Virus record (IMG/VR): IMGVR_UViG_3300007775_000011
Span: 1-60,165 of that record
DNA: 60,165 bases
Direction: 5' to 3' (one strand)
Origin: a virus
Taxonomy: Duplodnaviria; Caudoviricetes
Below the pieces are notes generated by a model, which saw nothing but the letters and a program-made list of their open reading frames with translations, did not search any database and was not told where the DNA came from. The first letter of the stretch is position 1, and every line of letters begins with the position of its first letter. Below, in pieces: positions 56,313-60,165 of the stretch. A program made the translations under genes and the position numbers.

Positions 56313-57860
56313 TTAAAAATAGCTTCCCAAATAAGGTCTGCCGGTTTCTAAAGATTGCAAAACTTTAATCTCCAAAGATTGATCAAATTCACCTTCCCTA
56401 CCCAATAAAGGTGACATTCTCATTATTTTATCTTTCTTTTCTTTTGCTGTTTGGTTTAAAGCATAAGCAGCAGTCACGTGATCCCACTTTCTTCCGGATT
56501 CACTAAAGTTTTTAGTTCTTAATTTTCTTGTTTCTAATCCATCTGAATCTGCCTGGGTAGCGGTAATGAAACATAAATTATATTTTAAACTGATTTGCCG
56601 CACTGCTTTCCAAACCTCATTAATTTTATGTCTCATATCAATTCGATTATCAGACCATTCAAGTAAATCAATATAATCCAAAACCAATACTTTCGGAATC
56701 CATCCTCTATTTGCCCATATTTCTAAAATAGATATTAATTCATTAATTCTCAAAGAAGGTCGGGCAACTACACGAAAATCATTAGACCCGGAAAATTTGC
56801 TCATCCATTTCAATCCAGCTCTATAGCCTTCACGCCAAGTCAAAGGTTCCACCTTTTCTCTGATTTTATACCAGACTGCTCCTTTAAATTTTTGAGGATT
56901 CCTTTTTAAACAATATGTACAGGGGACATATCCTAATTCGGTTGCATCTTCAAATGAAATTTTCGCAGGCGGTTCATCTTCTTTTTCCGGCTCTTCATAT
57001 AGTCCAAAATCGCAAGTTCTTTTTTTTATACTACAAGAATCGGTTTGATTATGAAGACAATCTATTATTGGTATTTTAATTTCACCACAATATCTTTGGT
57101 CATAGCTTTTTTGGCATAATCTTACATGAAGTCTTCTGACCTGCTGTTCCTCACTTAAATCTCCGATTTGAAATAAGGCAACTCTATTACGAAAACGATG
57201 AGCCCGGAAAGCTAACTCATCAAGCCACCACGTTTTACCTCTTTTTGCCGGGGCTAAAAAAGAAATGAAAGTTCCTTCTGAAAATTGATTATTAAAAAGA
57301 ACGTCTAAAGCTCCTGGATATGTGAAAAGAGGGTCTTGGAACGTCTCAAAAGCAGTTCTGATTTTATCAGCATTAGTAAAAGGATTGAAACCCAAATCTT
57401 CATGAAGTTCTATAGATCGGTAATTTTCAAGAACTTCTTGTGCATGTAACGGCTCATCATCATGTAAAGCTTGGCTGGCTTCTCTAATTGTTATTTTTAT
57501 TCTTCTTTCGTCTAGATAAGCTCTTGATTGTTTTAAATAATATTCAAAGTCATATTCTTTTTCTTTTTCATATTGGTTACTCAAAGAATCCATAAGATCA
57601 GCCATATCATCGGCCAAATCTTCATCAATATCATCTTTTCTTACTTTTTGATCATATATCTCTTGGAGTAGTTTCCCCGGAGCTTTCCCAAATTCTTCAT
57701 GGTATTCTAAAATCCAATTACATAATAATTTACTTACATCAGCTTGGAATAAATCAAGATTTAATTCAGGATATATGGACTTCAGAAAGGGGGTGCTAAT
57801 AGCCAACCCAATTAATAAATTCCTTTCTGAAGAAACTTTTATTTTTCTTTTGCGTATCAT
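56313..57860 (-). CDS. dnaB: replicative DnaB-like helicase
   Basis: APAKRGKT Walker A, VLDYIDLL, ITATQA, FSES..K; Cys-rich insertion. Confidence 0.82.
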   Translation of the reverse strand: MIRKRKIKVSSERNLLIGLAISTPFLKSIYPELNLDLFQADVSKLLCNWILEYHEEFGKAPGKLLQEIYDQKVRKDDIDEDLADDMADLMDSLSNQYEKEKEYDFEYYLKQSRAYLDERRIKITIREASQALHDDEPLHAQEVLENYRSIELHEDLGFNPFTNADKIRTAFETFQDPLFTYPGALDVLFNNQFSEGTFISFLAPAKRGKTWWLDELAFRAHRFRNRVALFQIGDLSEEQQVRRLHVRLCQKSYDQRYCGEIKIPIIDCLHNQTDSCSIKKRTCDFGLYEEPEKEDEPPAKISFEDATELGYVPCTYCLKRNPQKFKGAVWYKIREKVEPLTWREGYRAGLKWMSKFSGSNDFRVVARPSLRINELISILEIWANRGWIPKVLVLDYIDLLEWSDNRIDMRHKINEVWKAVRQISLKYNLCFITATQADSDGLETRKLRTKNFSESGRKWDHVTAAYALNQTAKEKKDKIMRMSPLLGREGEFDQSLEIKVLQSLETGRPYLGSYF

Positions 57861-57887
57861 AGAACGGTACCAATCAGATGCAAGAGT
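57855..57887 (-). repeat. 33-bp exact copy of terL 6197-6229 (inverted)
   Basis: ACTCTTGCATCTGATTGGTACCGTTCTATGATA at both loci. Confidence 0.9.
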
Positions 57888-57935
57888 TTATGCCGCGCAT
57901 TCATTGGCGCGGTCTGGTTATAATCGGCGTTATAT
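57859..57935 (+). other. attC site (left arm atypical)
   Basis: GCCGCGC...GCGCGGTCTGGTTAT AATCGGC GTTATAT; left arm is the terL-identical segment. Confidence 0.55.
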
Positions 57936-57937
57936 TG

Positions 57938-58153
57938 CTAGTTATTGAAAACTATCAATTCCACCGGCACATTACGCACAGACCCATCGGGCATCTCTAC
58001 AACCGCAGTAGTAAAGTTCCCCGGGCCATTCTCAAACTCTTCATAGTTAACCCCAAACTGGTGAAACACCCCATTTCCTACAGCAACCTTATCAAAGTGT
58101 GTTTGGCCCTTTACCCTTTGCCACTCATAAACAACAACTTTCCTAGTTTCCAT
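57938..58153 (-). CDS. cassette ORF, conserved-looking phage hypothetical protein
   Basis: G.FHQFGVNYEEFENGPGNFTTAVVEMPDG. Confidence 0.8.
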   Translation of the reverse strand: METRKVVVYEWQRVKGQTHFDKVAVGNGVFHQFGVNYEEFENGPGNFTTAVVEMPDGSVRNVPVELIVFNN

Positions 58154-58167
58154 ATATTAGCCCCCCA

Positions 58168-58261
58168 AGATAACAATTAAATTCACGCAGACGGCGCGAA
58201 CGTGGGCGGCACTATCCGTGTATTTCTTCGGTGGTGCCGCTGATGATTATGTGCGTTATGC
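58168..58261 (+). other. attC site
   Basis: AGATAAC AATT AAATTCACGCAGACGGC ... GCCGCTGATGATT ATGTGC GTTATGC. Confidence 0.8.
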
Positions 58262-58480
58262 GTACGAATAACTTGATCCGAACTCTTCTTTATATCCACA
58301 CGAACAAACACCAAACTTGTCTACTCTGTATATCTCTCCAAATGGGCCACTGTCTAATGTTTTTCTACCAAATATTTTTACTTTATGTCCCAAGTATTGA
58401 GCGTGATAGTCGAGTGTACTCATAACACCACGGTTAACTTGACAAGAAGAGGCTTGTGTCTTTTTTGTTGTTTCTTTCAT
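58256..58480 (-). CDS. cassette ORF, hypothetical (H...CSC motif)
   Basis: start inside attC 58420-58507; stop in R'. Confidence 0.7.
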   Translation of the reverse strand: MKETTKKTQASSCQVNRGVMSTLDYHAQYLGHKVKIFGRKTLDSGPFGEIYRVDKFGVCSCGYKEEFGSSYSYA

Positions 58481-58507
58481 GGCTTACAAGTTACCTCCAC
58501 GTTATGT
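58420..58507 (+). other. attC site
   Basis: TCATAAC ACCAC GGTTAACTTGAC ... CAAGTTACC TCCAC GTTATGT. Confidence 0.85.
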
Positions 58508-58831
58508 TCTCAACTTGCGACGGTATTCATCCATCCCAATACGTCGCAAATTTGAGTAATCATTGTCAAGCAAAGCCCATGCGAAGAAAACACCGTAGGT
58601 AATCATGGCAACGGTACGCAAATACTCCCCCGGGCCAATTACTAGCCAACAAACAACCACTAATATTATAGACGGCAAACCGAACAGCAAACAGAATCGG
58701 GTGATATCGTTGTACCAAAACCAAATCCAAAAAGAATCATAACCAGTCGCTTCACTTGACCCCAAGGGGTCGGCGTTCTGCGCTTTGTCAAATCCTGTTT
58801 CTGGGTCTAAATCAAACGGGCTATTATTCAT
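58502..58831 (-). CDS. cassette ORF, two-TM membrane protein
   Basis: GGAGG RBS and ATG inside attC 58737-58871; two hydrophobic helices. Confidence 0.75.
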   Translation of the reverse strand: MNNSPFDLDPETGFDKAQNADPLGSSEATGYDSFWIWFWYNDITRFCLLFGLPSIILVVVCWLVIGPGEYLRTVAMITYGVFFAWALLDNDYSNLRRIGMDEYRRKLRT

Positions 58832-58871
58832 TTTGTCCTCCCCTTGGGTCAAGTGACCTCAATCGTTATCT
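58737..58871 (+). other. attC site
   Basis: TCATAAC CAGTC GCTTCACTTGACCCCAAGGGG ... CCCCTTGGGTCAAGTGACC TCAATC GTTATCT. Confidence 0.88.
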
Positions 58872-59123
58872 TGCCGACCATGTTAAAAAGCTTTTATATG
58901 CCATCCCAGCCCAAAACATATACAACGGAAGCCATGTTTTATTTTCAACTGCTGCTCCTATAAAATAGGCAGGCATCCAAACAGTAGCACAAACAAAAAA
59001 GGCTATTAGCATCCTCCACTTCTTGACAAAGATAACCAGTCGCTTAACAGCTGACCGCAAGAACTGGTGCGGTTTTTGTTCCTCTTCTGCTATCGTTACC
59101 GTCTGTTCATGGTCGTATTTCAT
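58866..59123 (-). CDS. cassette ORF, two-TM membrane protein
   Basis: AAGGAG RBS and ATG inside attC 59030-59168; stop in R'. Confidence 0.75.
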   Translation of the reverse strand: MKYDHEQTVTIAEEEQKPHQFLRSAVKRLVIFVKKWRMLIAFFVCATVWMPAYFIGAAVENKTWLPLYMFWAGMAYKSFLTWSAR

Positions 59124-59168
59124 TGGTTTCTCCTTCTTGCGGCAGGTTAGCTTATTAAAACGGTGGGT
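59030..59168 (+). other. attC site (R' degenerate)
   Basis: AGATAAC CAGTC GCTTAACAGCTGACCGCAAGAA ... TTCTTGCGGCAGGTTAGC TTATTAAAAC GGTGGGT. Confidence 0.65.
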
Positions 59169-59180
59169 TGCTCAAGTATC

Positions 59181-59387
59181 TTAAGTAATGGCTCCGTTTA
59201 CATCTATGTTTGTAACGTCAGCAAGAACTCCCTCAAGCCATCTAATATTGTCATGCCATGCCTCAGTAAAAGTTATTTTTCCGGTATCAATATCTTCCTG
59301 GTGCATAAACTCAAATCCACAGATGTTTTCATACTTCTGCATGCACTGACGCTGTTTACTGTTTATTTTCTTTGCGTATACAGCCAT
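59181..59387 (-). CDS. cassette ORF, hypothetical
   Basis: AGGAGG RBS 7 nt before MAVYAKK. Confidence 0.75.
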   Translation of the reverse strand: MAVYAKKINSKQRQCMQKYENICGFEFMHQEDIDTGKITFTEAWHDNIRWLEGVLADVTNIDVNGAIT

Positions 59388-59404
59388 TCGCATACCTCCT
59401 TGCA

Positions 59405-59494
59405 ACCCAACCAGCGCATTAAAGCCGACTGGAATAAAGTTTGTTTATTAAAATCTGCCAGCACGGGGCCAGCGGTTTATGCTTAACGTTAGTT
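59405..59494 (+). other. attC site
   Basis: ACCCAAC CAGC GCATTAAAGCCGACTGG ... CCAGCGGTTTATGC TTAAC GTTAGTT. Confidence 0.9.
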
Positions 59495-59497
59495 TAC

Positions 59498-59635
59498 TTA
59501 GTGCGTATTAACCACACTCTTGATATCTATACTATGCAATCTACTTTCCTTTAGTGCCAAATTAATAGCCTCGAAAAATTCCATCATCATTTTGCTTTCC
59601 CATACTTCACCATTATAAAAAGTAACTTTCCACAT
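59498..59635 (-). CDS. cassette ORF (45 aa; not in ORF track)
   Basis: GAGG RBS; MWKVTFYNGEVWESKMMMEFFEAINLALKESRLHSIDIKSVVNTH. Confidence 0.65.
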   Translation of the reverse strand: MWKVTFYNGEVWESKMMMEFFEAINLALKESRLHSIDIKSVVNTH

Positions 59636-59649
59636 AAATTTACCTCGTA

Positions 59650-59734
59650 AACTAATAATAAAATTAATCTGACTAGAAGAAGTTTGGGTTGCAAGCGCAG
59701 TCTGGTGGCTGGAAGCTTATTATCGGCGTTATCT
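59650..59734 (+). other. attC site (R'' AAC>AAT)
   Basis: AACTAAT AATA AAATTAATCTGACTAG ... CTGGAAGCTTATT ATCGGC GTTATCT. Confidence 0.65.
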
Positions 59735-59893
59735 TTCAGTAGCTTCAACCTTGCAGCCCTTTAAGACTATTCGGAAAAGGTCTGGCTTATTCTTTGCCCA
59801 GTTCCCCAAGGTCTGCAAGCTCTGTCCGGTCAACCGTGCAACCACAGAGAGGCTTTTCAGTCCCTCCGCTTTTGCCTGTTGTGATGGGGTCAT
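59729..59893 (-). CDS. small HTH DNA-binding protein
   Basis: MTPSQQAKAEGLKSLSVVARLTGQSLQTLGNWAKNKPDLF; stop in R'. Confidence 0.75.
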   Translation of the reverse strand: MTPSQQAKAEGLKSLSVVARLTGQSLQTLGNWAKNKPDLFRIVLKGCKVEATER

Positions 59894-59894
59894 T

Positions 59895-60068
59895 TTAGTC
59901 ATCTTCTCCGGCAACATACTCTCCGTCCATGTCATAGATAGCAACGCTTCCAGTATGGTCACAATTGTTGTCAAACTGGGTTATAGCAAAATCAAGAGCT
60001 TCTTCTGCTGTCTCGCATCCTGTGATTGTCATTGAGCTGTTTCCGCATATTGCTTTATATTCTTTCAT
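59895..60068 (-). CDS. small acidic protein (57 aa; not in ORF track)
   Basis: AAGGAG RBS; MKEYKAICGNSSMTITGCETAEEALDFA...GEDD. Confidence 0.7.
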   Translation of the reverse strand: MKEYKAICGNSSMTITGCETAEEALDFAITQFDNNCDHTGSVAIYDMDGEYVAGEDD

Positions 60069-60088
60069 TGTTCTTCTCCTTAGTTTGG

Positions 60089-60144
60089 TTGGCTTTATTG
60101 CCCTTTGTTAAACATAGAATACCAAACTATTTTAAACATTGCGA
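60089..60144 (-). promoter_or_regulatory. cassette-borne promoter plus conserved leader
   Basis: extended -10 TGGTATTCT; leader core identical to 48374-48397. Confidence 0.65.
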
Positions 60145-60165
60145 TACTTATTTTAAATTATTTTA

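Larger units (their letters stand above)
57859..60165 (+). mobile_element. attC cassette array B (CALIN-like, no integrase)
   Basis: 7 attC-like sites separating inverted small ORFs; the last cassette runs to the window edge. Confidence 0.85.

Noticed and set aside
45759-59734. Reading the attC sites as - strand, canonical orientation (stop overlapping R'')
   Set aside because: The extra base in L'' and the following GAC lie on the + strand left arm as in aadA/VCR top strands, and - polarity would cut seven genes from their own start codons at the crossover.
45759-59734. CRISPR array or simple terminators as the explanation for the repeated hairpins
   Set aside because: Repeats are not identical, spacing is gene-sized, there are no U tracts and no cas genes.
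1-60165. Stop-codon reassignment, DGR/retron or integrase-based lysogeny
   Set aside because: Core genes are full length under the standard code; no reverse transcriptase, recombinase or repressor motifs were recognised.

Overview
This window looks like a near-complete, AT-rich ~60 kb tailed dsDNA phage genome with a contractile tail. No integrase or repressor is recognisable, so it is probably lytic. The + strand (4.9-36.9 kb) carries the late module: terminase, a frameshifted holin-like gene, a DUF1073-type portal with extra C-terminal domains, MuF, DUF2213 protease/scaffold, DUF2184-type capsid, a five-gene glycan-modification cluster, amidase, neck, sheath/tube, a chaperone with a -1 slippery site, tape measure, baseplate and tail fibre. 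The - strand carries replication and recombination genes: primase, SNF2 helicase, split SbcC plus SbcD, RuvC, RecA, SSB, UvsY-like, clamp loader, split UDG-exo/PolA, beta clamp, a TAGT-like glycosyltransferase and DnaB. The main discovery is two integrase-less arrays of integron-type attC sites (~45.76-48.53 kb and ~57.86-60.17 kb; about 17 full or partial sites) in which every cassette gene is inverted relative to attC polarity. Stop codons mostly coincide with the R' GTTA core, and in 7 cassettes the start codon (usually with its RBS) sits inside the attC, so the attC arm doubles as coding sequence. Each array is headed by a cassette carrying a promoter and a small DNA-binding protein, and one cassette holds a tRNA-like RNA instead of an ORF. 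All family assignments come from motif recognition by eye, not database searches.
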